Positions 38,953 through 48,871 of a stretch of 51,521 nt of DNA are shown here, one piece after another. Positions within the stretch are counted from its first letter, which is position 1; each line of letters starts with the position of its first letter. The notes beneath the pieces are model-generated. The model was not told where the DNA came from, searched no databases, and saw only the letters and a list, made by a program, of their open reading frames with translations. Both the position numbers and the translations under genes were made by a program. The stretch lies in the NCBI GenBank assembly GCA_040289515.1, contig PSLI01000011.1, positions 1-51,521 on the forward strand. Direction: 5' to 3'. Origin of the DNA: Candidatus Sysuimicrobiota bacterium (GTDB taxonomy: Bacteria; Sysuimicrobiota; Sysuimicrobiia; Sysuimicrobiales; Sysuimicrobiaceae).

Positions 38953-39139
38953 CTCGGGTGCCGCCGCCGGACGGTCAAATCCCCGGGCCGGTGGGTTTGT
39001 GTAGACTCTCTGACGTGCGGAGGCCGGTCAAAGCCCGGCCTCCGGGGGTGTTCCCGTGGCGGACGAAGTGCCGCGGGGAAAGGGAGGCTGCCGTCGAAAC
39101 AGGGGACGAAGCCACCACGCGCCCTCTGCAAGCTCGGAG

Positions 39140-39635
39140 GTGGATCTGGCGAAGCAGGCGGTGCGTGAACGGGTTTGGCGCCTGCTGGAAGGGCACGGGG
39201 TTGTGCGGTTTCCGGGGGCCTGGGGCCGCATCCCGAATTTCCAGGGGGCTGAGGCGGCGGCACGGCATCTGGCCGCCACCCGGGAATGGCAAAGGGCGCG
39301 GGTCCTGAAAGGAAACCCGGACTGCCCGCAGCTGCCGGTCCGAGCACGGGCCTTGGAGGAAGGCAAGACGGTGTACATGGCCGTCCCCCGCCTTCAAAGC
39401 CCGCAGCCCTTCCTGCGCCTGGACCCGCGGGTTCTGCGGGTGCCTCCGCAGCAGGCGGCCTCCATCCGTGGCGCGTTCCGCTACGGCGAACCCGTCGGGG
39501 CGGACCAGTTCGCACGTGGACCTCGTGGTGTGCGGGAGCGTGGCGGTCAACCCTGTGGGGGCGCGGGTGGGCAAGGGTGGTGGGTACTCGGACCTCGGCC
39601 CGGGTGGCGTGGAATCAGCGGAGCCCGTTCATTAA
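39140..39635 (+). pseudogene. 5-formyltetrahydrofolate cyclo-ligase family (MTHFSD-like), frameshifted and truncated
   Basis: K..VRERVW, GRIPNF.GA, NPDCPQ, YMAVPRL; shift near 39510 to VDLVVCGSVAV..GARVGKGGGYSDL, after which homology is lost. Confidence 0.82.
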
Positions 39636-39648
39636 ACGGCCCTGGCCC

Positions 39649-39688
39649 GGGGATTGTCCCGGGGGGACTGTCCCCCGGGGAAAGTCCC
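39649..39688. repeat. Three palindrome-like GGGGAnnGTCCC units at 14-bp period
   Basis: GGGGATTGTCCC (39649), GGGGACTGTCCC (39663), GGGGAAAGTCCC (39677). Confidence 0.75.
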
Positions 39689-39740
39689 AGCAGGGGGGAG
39701 TGGATTCGGTAGCGAAGTTCTCCGGTGGAGGTGCAGCGAC

Positions 39741-41213
39741 GTGGACGAGCTCGTGGCTCGGGTGCTGAACGCCGCGGAGCTGGCAGGCGCCTCCTACGCG
39801 GACGTGCGGGTGGTGGAGACCAGGCACCAGGCCCTGCTGGTCCGGAACGGTTTGGTGGATGGAGTCAGCTGGTCGGAGGACGTGGGCTTCGGGGTGCGGG
39901 TGGTGGCGGAAGGTGCGTGGGGCTTCGCGGCTAGCTGCCGGATGGAGCCACAGGAGGCCGAACGGGTGGTGCACCTGGCGGTGGACATCGCCCGCGCCAG
40001 CGCCCTGGCCAAACAGGAGGACGTGGACCTGGGCGAACCGGTGGTGCAGCACGGCACCTACCGGACACCTGTGCAGGTGGATCCCTTCGCGGTACCGGTG
40101 GAGGCCAAGCTGGAGCTGCTCTTGCGTGCGGACCATGAGATGCGACGCGTACGGGGCGTGACCACCACGGAGGCGGAGCTGGTCTTCCTCCGGCAGCGCA
40201 AGACCTTCGCCAGTACGGAAGGCAGCTACCTCACCCAGGAGATCGTGGAGTCGGGGTGCGGGATCGCCTCCACCGCAGTCCGCGACGGGGAGGTGCAGCG
40301 GCGCTCGTACCCCAACTCCGTGGGTCGGCATCAGCAAACGCGGGGCTGGGAGTTCGTCGTGGAGCAGGACCTGGTGGGCCATGCGGCCCGCATCGCAGAG
40401 GAAGCCGTGGCCTTGCTGACCGCGGACCCTTGCCCGGAGGAGGTCACCACCCTCATTTTGGGGGGCAGCCAAGTGGCTTTGCAGGTTCACGAATCGTGCG
40501 GGCACGCCGTGGAGCTGGACCGGGTCTTGGGGGCCGAGGCGGCCTTCGCGGGAACCTCTTTTCTGACCCCGGACCTGCTGGGCCGTTTCCGGTACGGGTC
40601 CGAGGTGGTGAACATCACCGCGGACGCCACCCTGCCCGGGGGGCTCGGCACGTTCGCGTGGGACGACGAGGGAGTGCCCGCGCAACGGGTGGACCTCGTG
40701 CGGGAAGGCCTGTTCGTGGGCTACCTCACCGACCGGCAGACGGCACGGAGTCTGGCGCGCCTGGTGGGGAACTCGCCCCACGGAACGGGGCGGTCCGGAG
40801 GGATGGCGCGGTCCGCAGGGTGGAACCGGATTCCCATGGTGCGCATGACCAATGTGAACCTGCTGCCCGGCAGTTGGAAGTTGACGGATCTCATCGCGGA
40901 CACGGATCGGGGGATCTTCATGGACACCAACCGCTCGTGGAGCATCGACGACCGCCGGCTGAACTTCCAGTTCGGCTGCGAGATCGCCTGGGAGATCCGC
41001 CACGGCCAGCTCCGCAGGATGCTGCGGAACCCTCTCTACACCGGCATCACGCCGGAGTTCTGGAGGGCCTGCGACGCGGTGTGCGACGCGGACCACTGGG
41101 TGGTGTGGGGGACTCCCAACTGCGGCAAGGGCGAGCCCCTGCAGGTGGCGCATACGGGGCATGGTGCCGCACCCGCCCGGTTCCGGAACGTCCGAGTGTT
41201 GGGGAAGCGCTGA
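39741..41213 (+). CDS. tldD: TldD family metalloprotease
   Basis: YADVR, WGFA, HESCGH (HExxGH), DDEGV, RMTN, CGKGEP. Confidence 0.93.
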   Translation: MDELVARVLNAAELAGASYADVRVVETRHQALLVRNGLVDGVSWSEDVGFGVRVVAEGAWGFAASCRMEPQEAERVVHLAVDIARASALAKQEDVDLGEPVVQHGTYRTPVQVDPFAVPVEAKLELLLRADHEMRRVRGVTTTEAELVFLRQRKTFASTEGSYLTQEIVESGCGIASTAVRDGEVQRRSYPNSVGRHQQTRGWEFVVEQDLVGHAARIAEEAVALLTADPCPEEVTTLILGGSQVALQVHESCGHAVELDRVLGAEAAFAGTSFLTPDLLGRFRYGSEVVNITADATLPGGLGTFAWDDEGVPAQRVDLVREGLFVGYLTDRQTARSLARLVGNSPHGTGRSGGMARSAGWNRIPMVRMTNVNLLPGSWKLTDLIADTDRGIFMDTNRSWSIDDRRLNFQFGCEIAWEIRHGQLRRMLRNPLYTGITPEFWRACDAVCDADHWVVWGTPNCGKGEPLQVAHTGHGAAPARFRNVRVLGKR

Positions 41214-41214
41214 C

Positions 41215-42564
41215 GTGCTGGGCGAGGCCCGGACCCGGGAGCTAGCGGCAGACGCCCTGCGGCGATCTGTCGGGGGGCAGGCGGAGGTGGTGCTGCTGTC
41301 ATGGGAGGGTGCCCTCACACGGTTTGCCAACAACACCATCCATCAGAACGTGGCGGAGCGCGGCGCCCAGGTGCTGGTGCGGGTGGCGGTGGGTCGGCGG
41401 GTGGGTGCCGCGGTCACCAACCGCTTGGATCGGGAGGGTGTGGAGCGTGCCGTGGACCAGGCTGAAGCTGCCGCCCGCGTGGCTCCCGGGACCGCGGAGT
41501 TCCCGGGATTCCCGGAACCTCGGCCCGCGCCGCGGGTGGGCAGCCTGGACGACAGGGTGGCAGGGGCCTCTCCCGCCTGGCGGGCGCGCCAGGTACAGGC
41601 GTTCCTGCGGGAGGTGGAGGCGGAGGGGGCCTCCGCTGCGGGCGCTCTGGAGACGGGGGTACAGGAAGTCGCCGTTGTGAACTCCCAGGGCGTCTTCTGC
41701 TACCACGCGGGCACCCGGTGGCACTTCCGCACGGTGGTGCACGTGGACGGCGCTTCCGGGTACGCGGAGCGGACGGGCTGGCGCCTGGATCACTTCGACG
41801 CGGCCACGGTGGGACATCCCGCGGTGGACGGGGCCAAGAGGGCGCGGCACCCGCGGCCGGTGCAGCCGGGCACCTATTCCGTGGTGTTGGCACCGTACGC
41901 GGTGCAGGACGTGGTGAGCTGGTTGGCGTACGCGGGGGCCGGCGCGCAGGCGATGCAGGAGGGCCGCAGCTGGATGAACGGTCGCCTTGGCCTGCGGGCG
42001 CTGTCGGAACAGGTTACCCTGTGGGACGACGGTTGCGATCCACAGGGGATCCCCATGCCCTTTGACTTCGAGGGAGTGCCCAGGCAGAGGGTGGTGATCG
42101 TAGAGCGCGGGGTGCCGCGCACCCCGGTATACGACACGCTGACGGCCGCACGGGAGGGGAAAGCATCCACCGGGCACGCGCTACCGCGGGCGTGGCCGGA
42201 GACCACCCGCGTGGGCCCAGTCCCCGCCCACTTGTTCCTGGCGGCGGGGGACGCCACGGTGGAGGAGCTGGTGCGCGGGGTGTCGCATGGCCTGTACATC
42301 ACGCGGTTCTGGTACACGCGCTTGGTGCACCCACGGGACTGCGTGGTTACCGGGATGACCCGCGACGGGGTGTTCTGGATCGAGGGCGGAGAGCTCACCT
42401 ACCCGGTGCGGAATCTGCGGTTCACTCAGGGCTACGTGCAGGCGCTAGGCTCCGTGCTCCGGGTGGGTGCGGAGACCAGCTTGCTGGGCGACCGTTTCGG
42501 AGCCGTCCGCGTCCCCGCCCTGTCCGTGGCGCAGTTCACCTTCACGGGGGTGACCGAGTTCTAG
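41215..42564 (+). CDS. TldE/PmbA family protein
   Basis: TRFANN.IHQN, FDFEGVP, STGHA, TGMTRDG; lacks HExxH; follows tldD. Confidence 0.9.
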   Translation: MLGEARTRELAADALRRSVGGQAEVVLLSWEGALTRFANNTIHQNVAERGAQVLVRVAVGRRVGAAVTNRLDREGVERAVDQAEAAARVAPGTAEFPGFPEPRPAPRVGSLDDRVAGASPAWRARQVQAFLREVEAEGASAAGALETGVQEVAVVNSQGVFCYHAGTRWHFRTVVHVDGASGYAERTGWRLDHFDAATVGHPAVDGAKRARHPRPVQPGTYSVVLAPYAVQDVVSWLAYAGAGAQAMQEGRSWMNGRLGLRALSEQVTLWDDGCDPQGIPMPFDFEGVPRQRVVIVERGVPRTPVYDTLTAAREGKASTGHALPRAWPETTRVGPVPAHLFLAAGDATVEELVRGVSHGLYITRFWYTRLVHPRDCVVTGMTRDGVFWIEGGELTYPVRNLRFTQGYVQALGSVLRVGAETSLLGDRFGAVRVPALSVAQFTFTGVTEF

Positions 42565-42583
42565 CTGGTCTCCTCGGTGCCGT

Positions 42584-42611
42584 TGGTACCTGGAACTGGT
42601 GCCAGGTACCA
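42584..42611. repeat. REP-like palindrome (left)
   Basis: TGGTACCTGG-aactggtg-CCAGGTACCA perfect 10-bp stem. Confidence 0.75.
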
Positions 42612-42639
42612 GAGCGTTCACCCCACACAACCGTTCGGC

Positions 42640-43049
42640 CTGCCTATGCCCTGCTCCCCAACCACGTGCACCTGCTGTGCCGCCGGGGTCTGGTCGCGCT
42701 GGCCAAGGTCATGCACGACGTGCAGCGCCGGTTTGCGCTGCACCACAACCGCCAGCTGGGACTTCGCGGCCACGTGTTCCAGGACCGGTATCACGCCAAG
42801 CTGTGCCGGGAAGAAGGGTACCTGTGGGCGGCGGTGCGGTACATCCACAACAACCCCGTGCAGGCAGGGCTGTGCGACCACCCGGGGGACTACCCGTGGA
42901 CCAGCTACCACGCGTACGCCCTGGGGCGGTGGGACCTGGTGAACCGGGAGGAAGCAGAGTTGCTCTGCCCCGCAGAAGCGGTCGTGGACCTGCCGCCCGG
43001 GCAGAAGGCGTACAAGTCGGCTGGAGGGGGATCCCGGGTGGCGCCGTAG
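42640..43049 (+). mobile_element. REP-associated tyrosine transposase (RAYT/Y1) remnant, 5'-truncated
   Basis: AYALLPNHVHLL (HUH), GHVFQDRY, RYIHNNPVQAG, YPWTSY; no start or N-terminal segment. Confidence 0.85.
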
Positions 43050-43115
43050 GGGGTGAGCGCTGCGACCGGACCTGACCACACGTCGGCTCTTCCTGAGCTG
43101 CTGAGCTGCCGCCTG

Positions 43116-43156
43116 CTGGTACCTGGCACCGGCACCAGGTACGGGTTCCAGGTACC
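43116..43156. repeat. REP-like palindrome (right), inverted relative to left copy
   Basis: CTGGTACCTGGCACC-ggcaccaggtacgg-GTTCCAGGTACC matches reverse complement of left element with an internal expansion. Confidence 0.75.
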
Positions 43157-43208
43157 GCGCGGCGGCCGGTGGTAGCGTGGTAGCATAGACGCTGGGAGGC
43201 AGGCTGCC

Positions 43209-43619
43209 GTGCCGGAGAGGATCCGCATCCTCATCGCGAAGCCGGGACTGGACGGCCACGACCGGGGTGCCAAGGTGGTGGCCCGCGCCCTGCGGGATGC
43301 GGGCTTCGAGGTGATCTACACGGGCCTGCACCAGACCCCGGAGATGATCGCGACGGCGGCGGTGCAGGAGGACGTGGACGCCATCGGCCTGTCGATTCTC
43401 TCCGGCGCCCACATGGCCCTGTTCCCCCGCATCCTGGAGCTGCTCCGGGAACGGGGCGCGGAGGACGTGGTGGTGTTCGCAGGGGGTGTCATCCCCGACG
43501 ACGACATCCCGGCCCTGAAGGCCATGGGGATCCGGGAGGTGTTCACCCCCGGTACGCCCTTCGCGCAGATCGTGGAGTGGGTGCGTCAGAACGTGAAGCC
43601 CCGGGAGGTCCCCGCCTAG
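43209..43619 (+). CDS. Cobalamin-binding small subunit of acyl-CoA mutase
   Basis: [10 protein letters not shown] (DxHxxG), [18 protein letters not shown]. Confidence 0.93.
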   Translation: MPERIRILIAKPGLDGHDRGAKVVARALRDAGFEVIYTGLHQTPEMIATAAVQEDVDAIGLSILSGAHMALFPRILELLRERGAEDVVVFAGGVIPDDDIPALKAMGIREVFTPGTPFAQIVEWVRQNVKPREVPA

Positions 43620-43623
43620 CCCG

Positions 43624-44026
43624 TCAGTCCCCCGCGGGGGCTGGCTCCGCAGGTCGAGCCGCTAACTGGTCCGCGAAGAACCGCGGGCCAGCACACCCTG
43701 GCCCAGAGGTACTGGTACGCCCGTCAGATACAGGGGTACCATCGGCTGAACTGGCCGATGTCGAAGGCAAGCACCCCTGTCCCTGGGTTCCAAGGTGTTG
43801 ACGATGGAGACCTCCCAGGCAGCCGTGCGGACCCCGGGAACAGCAGAATCTCCCCGTCCCGCGTCTGGAACACGTGCTTGAGGCCGTCCGTCACCTCCTG
43901 CAGCAGCGCGGGCATCTCGGGGCAGCGGTGGTCCGGGATGGGTCGGTCCATGGCCCGCAGGACGCGATCCGGCAGGTTGGTGGGGCCGGGGATCTGCAAA
44001 AAGTGGCGTCCGGGTAGGTCCTTCAT
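43624..44026 (-). pseudogene. Serine/alanine-glyoxylate aminotransferase (class V) remnant with large internal deletion
   Basis: GRHFLQIPGPTNLPDRVLRAM...DHR; compensating frameshifts around GTAAWEVSIVNTL; jumps after GQFS to C-terminal-like GVPVPLGQGV. Confidence 0.8.
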
Positions 44027-44132
44027 GATGTCCCGCAACGTGGTGGTTTGCACCGGTACGAATCGCCTAGAATATGCACGTGGGCGGGCTGTCAAGCGCC
44101 CTGGAGCCAGCAGAGCCAACAGGAGAAAAGCC

Positions 44133-45464
44133 ATGGACGGCCGCGAGGAGATCGTGACGCTGGACCGACAGCACCTGATCCACCCCCAGCACTTCGCCGC
44201 GGACCACGCGGACCCTTTGGTGTTGGTGGAGGGATGCGGGGCAGTGTTGAAGGACGCGGATGGCCGGGAGTTTCTGGACGGGCTCGCGTGCCTGTGGAAC
44301 GTGAACGTAGGGCACGGAAGGGCCGAACTTGCCGAAGCCGCAGCCGAGCAGATGCGGACCCTCGCGTACGCCACCGCGTACGTAGGCTACACGAACCCGC
44401 CCGCGGCCCGCCTCGCGCAGCGTTTGGTTCAGCTCGGTTACCCCAACATGTCCGCGGTGTACTTCACCACCTCCGGGGCCGAGTCCAACGAGAGCGCCTT
44501 CAAGATCGCCCGCTACTACTGGAAGCGGCGGGGCAAGCCGGGCAAGGTGAAGATCGTCAGCCGGATCCACGCCTACCACGGGGTCACCCTGGGTGCCCTG
44601 AGCGCCACGGGGATTCCCGCGTTTCAAAGGATGTTCACGCCCCTGGTACCAGAGTTCGTCCATGTGCCGCCTTCCTACCCGTACCGGCAGACGGAGGATC
44701 CGGTGGAGGCCCTGGAGCAGACCCTTCTGCGGGAGGGCCCGGAGACGGTGGCGGCCTTTATCGCGGAACCCGTGATCGGCTCCGGCGGGTTGATTCCCCC
44801 GGCGCCCGACTACTTCCCACGGGTCCGCCAGGTGTGCAACCGGTACGAAGTGCTGTTCATCGCCGACGAGATCATCACGGGGTTCGGACGGACCGGCAAG
44901 TGGTTTGCCCTGGAGCACTGGGGGGTGCGCCCGGACCTGATGACCTTCGCAAAGGGGGTGACCAGCGCCTACCTGCCCCTGGGCGGGGTGATGATCTCAC
45001 GGGAGATCCACCAGACCATCCTGGAGGCCCCCGCAGCAGAGCGGTTCATGCACGCGGCCACGTACTCCGCCCACCCCACCTGCTGCGCGGTGGCCCTGCG
45101 CAACCTGGACATCCTGGAGCGGGAGAACCTGATCGAACGTGCCGCCCGGCTGGGCACGCGGTTGTTGGAAGGCCTGCAGAGCCTGAAAGAGCTGCCCGTG
45201 GTGGGGGACGTGCGGGGGTTGGGGCTCCTGTGCGGGGTGGAGCTGGTGGAGGATCGGGCCACCAAGGCACCCGCCCTGGGGCTGGGGGCCCGGGTGCTGG
45301 CGGAAGCCCGCAAGCGGGGACTCGTGACCCGCATGCGCGTGGGACAGGGCGGTGAGCACCCCATCGGCGACACCATCCTCCTGGCCCCGCCCCTGGTGGT
45401 GATGGAGGAGCAGGTAGATCGGATGGTGGCCATCCTGCGCAACAGCATCGCCGCGTGTTTGTAG
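44133..45464 (+). CDS. Class III (omega-amine) aminotransferase
   Basis: LWNVNVGHGR, SGAESNE, YHG.T, AFIAEPV, DEIITGFGRTG, AKGVTSAY.PLG. Confidence 0.94.
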   Translation: MDGREEIVTLDRQHLIHPQHFAADHADPLVLVEGCGAVLKDADGREFLDGLACLWNVNVGHGRAELAEAAAEQMRTLAYATAYVGYTNPPAARLAQRLVQLGYPNMSAVYFTTSGAESNESAFKIARYYWKRRGKPGKVKIVSRIHAYHGVTLGALSATGIPAFQRMFTPLVPEFVHVPPSYPYRQTEDPVEALEQTLLREGPETVAAFIAEPVIGSGGLIPPAPDYFPRVRQVCNRYEVLFIADEIITGFGRTGKWFALEHWGVRPDLMTFAKGVTSAYLPLGGVMISREIHQTILEAPAAERFMHAATYSAHPTCCAVALRNLDILERENLIERAARLGTRLLEGLQSLKELPVVGDVRGLGLLCGVELVEDRATKAPALGLGARVLAEARKRGLVTRMRVGQGGEHPIGDTILLAPPLVVMEEQVDRMVAILRNSIAACL

Positions 45465-45486
45465 GCGGAAGACAACCGCGCCATCC

Positions 45487-45515
45487 TTGACGTAGCCGGC
45501 AGGCGCGGATACGCT
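45487..45515 (+). promoter_or_regulatory. Sigma70-type promoter
   Basis: TTGACG-17 nt-TACGCT. Confidence 0.55.
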
Positions 45516-45535
45516 AGCGGGCAGGGGGTGGGGTG

Positions 45536-47090
45536 GTGCAACGGACGTCGCCGGGTGTGTGGTCCCACGAAACGTGGACGGCCTGGCCGCCGCACCGGTT
45601 CCCGCTCACCCCCTTGAGCTTTCTGTACCGAAGCCTGCACGCGTTTCCGCAGGAGCTGGCCTTGGTGGATGGCTCCCGCCGGACCTCGTACGGGGAGTTC
45701 TCGGCCCGGGTCTTCCGACTGGCGAGCGCTTTGCGCCGGTGGGGCCTTCAGCCCGGGGACCGCGTGGCGATCCTCTGCCGCAACGCTCAGGAGGTTCTGG
45801 AGGCGCACTTCGGGGTCCCCCAGGCAGGCGGTGTGCTGGTCCCCATCAACGTGCGGCTGTCGCCCCACGAGGTGAGTTGCATCGTGGACCACTCGGGGGT
45901 GAAGTTCCTGCTGGCCGAGCGGGCCCTGGGGGAACTCGCGGCGGCTCCTTGCCGGACCTTGGACTCAGCTCCTTTGGTGCTGTGGGTTGACCTGGGTCCG
46001 CGCCACGGGACGGTAAGCCCGCAGGTTCCCGGGGGACTGGCAGCTGTTGCCTACGAGGCGCTCCTGTCGGAGGGCAGCCCGGACCCGTTCCCGGCCCCCC
46101 TCGCGGAGGAGGAAGAGATCCTCCGCATCAACGACACCAGCGGTACCACGGGTGGGCCCAAAGGGGTGATGGTGACCCACCGGGGCTGCACCCTCCATCC
46201 CCTCGGCGAGGTGATCGAAGCAGGTCTGGGGCCAGGCAGCCGGTACCTCTGGACGCTGCCCATGTTCCACTGCAACGGTTGGAACTTCCCCTACGCGGTG
46301 ACGGCAGTGGGGGCCACCCACTTGCCGCGTCCCCTCACCATCCTGACAGCGGCTAGCCCGCCTGCCCCCGCTGTCCTGGAAGCCGTGGAAGCCATGGGGG
46401 CCCGGGGGGTGCACGTCTACGGCCTCACCGAAACGTACGGTCCGCACACCGTCTGCGTCCGGAAGCCCGACTGGGAAGCACTTCCCCCTGAAGAGCGAGC
46501 ACGGCGGCTGGCTCGCCAGGGCGTCGGCTACGTGCATGCACCCGAGCTCAGGGTGGTGGACGAGCACATGCAGGACGTCCCGCCCGACGGCCAAACCGCG
46601 GGAGAGGTGGTGATGCGGGGCAATAACGTCCTGCGCGGGTACTACCGGGATCCCGGGGCAACCGCTGAAGCCTTCCGGGGTAGGTGGTTCCACTCTGGAG
46701 ACCTGGCGGTGGTTCACCCGGACGGCTACATCGAGCTGCGGGATCGGAAGAAGGACATCATCCTCTCGGGCGGTGAGAACGTCTCCAGCATCGAGGTGGA
46801 GCGGGTCCTGTACGACCACCCGGCGGTGCTGGAGGTGGCGGTGGTAGGCGTCCCGGATCCCCAGTGGGGCGAGGTACCCAAAGCGTACGTGGTCCTGCGG
46901 CCGGAACACGGAGCCACCGAGGAGGAGCTGGTGACCTTCTGCCGACAGCGGCTGGCGCACTTCAAGTGCCCCAAGCGGGGGTTGTGGCGGAGCTGCCCAA
47001 GACGTCCACGGGGAAGATCCAGAAGTTTGTCCTTCGGGCGCGCGACTGGGCCGGGCGCGACAAGCGCATCGGCGGAAAGGAGAAGAAGGG
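45536..47090 (+). pseudogene. Acyl-CoA synthetase with internal deletion and 3' frameshift
   Basis: PLTPLSFL, TSGTTG.PKG, PMFHCNGW, YGLTETYGP, GWFHSGD, SGGEN; segment missing after GATH; LPKTSTGKIQKF lies in another frame after about 46980. Confidence 0.8.
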
Positions 47091-47903
47091 ATGCAGTTGC
47101 AGGATGCGGGGTACCGCACGGTGCGGTTCGAGACGGATGGACCGGTGGCCTACGTGACCATGAACCGGCCGGAGAAGCGCAACGCCCTTTCCGTGGAGCA
47201 CATGCAGGAGCTCACCGACTGCTTCCGGCGCATCGGGGAGCGGCAGGACCTGTCGGTGGCGATCCTGCGGGGCGCGGGGCCGGCCTTCTGCGCGGGTCAC
47301 GACCTGGCGGAGCTGGTGGGCCGGGGCATCGCGTTCTACCGCCACGTATTCCGGGTCTGCACCCGCATGATGGACACGCTGCAGCAGATTCCCCAGCCGG
47401 TCATCGCGCAGGTCCACGGCATGGCCACCGCCGCGGGCTGCCAGCTGGTGGCCACCTGCGACCTGGCAGTGGCCAGCACCGAGGCGCGGTTCGCCACGCC
47501 GGGAGTGCGCATCGGCCTGTTCTGCTCCACCCCCATGGTGGCCGTGAGCCGGAACCTCCCTCGCAAGAAGGTTCTGGAGATGCTGCTCACGGGAGAACCC
47601 CTGTCCGCGGAGGAAGCTCTGCGGTACGGCCTGGTGAACCGCGTGGTGCCGCCGGACCGCCTGGAGGAGGAGACCCGGCAGCTCGCCCTCCGCATCGCCT
47701 CTGCCAGCGCGCCCGTGGTGGGGTTGGGCAAGCAAGCCTTCTACCGGCAGCTGGAGATGCCCCAGGACCAGGCGTACGCGTACGCGCAGGAGGTGATGTC
47801 CCTCAACGCCCTACACCCTGACGCCACGGAGGGCATCTGCGCCTTTTTGGACAAGCGAACTCCCCGGTGGCGCGGCTGGGAGGGACCCCAGGTCGCGGAG
47901 TAG
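47091..47903 (+). CDS. Enoyl-CoA hydratase/isomerase family (ECHDC3-like)
   Basis: NRPEKRNALS, FCAGHDL, ATAAGCQLVATCDL, PGVRIGLFCSTP. Confidence 0.93.
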   Translation: MQLQDAGYRTVRFETDGPVAYVTMNRPEKRNALSVEHMQELTDCFRRIGERQDLSVAILRGAGPAFCAGHDLAELVGRGIAFYRHVFRVCTRMMDTLQQIPQPVIAQVHGMATAAGCQLVATCDLAVASTEARFATPGVRIGLFCSTPMVAVSRNLPRKKVLEMLLTGEPLSAEEALRYGLVNRVVPPDRLEEETRQLALRIASASAPVVGLGKQAFYRQLEMPQDQAYAYAQEVMSLNALHPDATEGICAFLDKRTPRWRGWEGPQVAE

Positions 47904-47963
47904 CAGGGAGGTCGCGGGCGCTGTCGAATTCTAGCGCGTAGACGCCTTCCAGGAGGGTGCGCC

Positions 47964-48851
47964 ATGAACTGGGGACCGGTTCTGACCGCCATGGCTACCC
48001 CATTCCGCCAGGACGGTGCGGTGGACCACGACCGGGCCGCGGAGCTGGCCCTCCGTCTGGTGGACAGCGGCTCCACGGGGATCGTGGTCGCGGGCACCAC
48101 GGGGGAGTCACCCACCTTATCCGACGAGGAGAAGCTGCAGCTGCTCCGGGTGGTGAAGGAGGCCGTGGACGGACGGGCCGCGGTGCTGGCAGGTACCGGT
48201 ACGTACGACACCGCCCACTCCGTGCACCTGAGCCAGCAGGCGCAGCGGTTCGGTGCCGATGGCCTGCTGGTGGTGGTCCCGTACTACAACCGGCCCACCC
48301 AGGAGGGCCTCTACCGGCACTTCCGGACGGTAGCGGAGAGCACCGACCTGCCGGTCCTTATGTACAACATCCCGGGCCGGACAGGTACCAACATGCTGCC
48401 GGAGACCGTGGCGCGCCTGAGCGAGGTGCGGAACATCGCGGGCATCAAGGAGGCCTCCGGCAGCCTGGACCAGGTGTCGGAGATCCGGCGGCGCACGCCC
48501 GAGCACTTCCTCATCTACAGCGGGGACGACAGCCTGACCTTGCCGTACCTGAGCGTGGGGGCGGTGGGGGTCGTGAGCGTGGCCTCCCACCTGGTGGGCA
48601 AGGAGATCGCGGAGATGATCGCTCACTTCCAGGCTGGGCGCGTGGACCAGGCGCGGCGGATCCACCTGCGCCTGTTCCCCCTGTTCCGCGCCCTGTTCGT
48701 GGCGCCCAACCCCGTGCCCCTGAAGGCGGCCCTGGAGATGGCGGGGTTCCCCGTGGGCAAGCCGCGCCTGCCCCTGGTGGAGGCCACGGAGAAGGAGCGG
48801 GAGCAAATCGCTTCCGCCATGCGGGAGGCCATGGGGGTCCCCGCGGGCTGA
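47964..48851 (+). CDS. dapA: 4-hydroxy-tetrahydrodipicolinate synthase
   Basis: GTTGESPTL, PYYNRP, YNIPGRT, IKEASG, SGDD, NPVPLK. Confidence 0.96.
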   Translation: MNWGPVLTAMATPFRQDGAVDHDRAAELALRLVDSGSTGIVVAGTTGESPTLSDEEKLQLLRVVKEAVDGRAAVLAGTGTYDTAHSVHLSQQAQRFGADGLLVVVPYYNRPTQEGLYRHFRTVAESTDLPVLMYNIPGRTGTNMLPETVARLSEVRNIAGIKEASGSLDQVSEIRRRTPEHFLIYSGDDSLTLPYLSVGAVGVVSVASHLVGKEIAEMIAHFQAGRVDQARRIHLRLFPLFRALFVAPNPVPLKAALEMAGFPVGKPRLPLVEATEKEREQIASAMREAMGVPAG

Positions 48852-48871
48852 AGGCGTCCTCGTACGAAGCC

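Noticed and set aside
39741..42564. TldD/TldE as part of a RiPP cluster
   Set aside because: No precursor peptide or modification enzymes adjacent; such pairs are common stand-alone genes
42192..43049. 285-aa ORF as a full-length transposase
   Set aside because: The first about 150 codons overlap tldE and the REP in a non-coding frame; only the last about 135 aa are RAYT-like
45533..47821. 762-aa ORF as acyl-CoA synthetase/enoyl-CoA hydratase fusion
   Set aside because: The tail is out-of-frame read-through after the frameshift; the hydratase is in another frame with its own start
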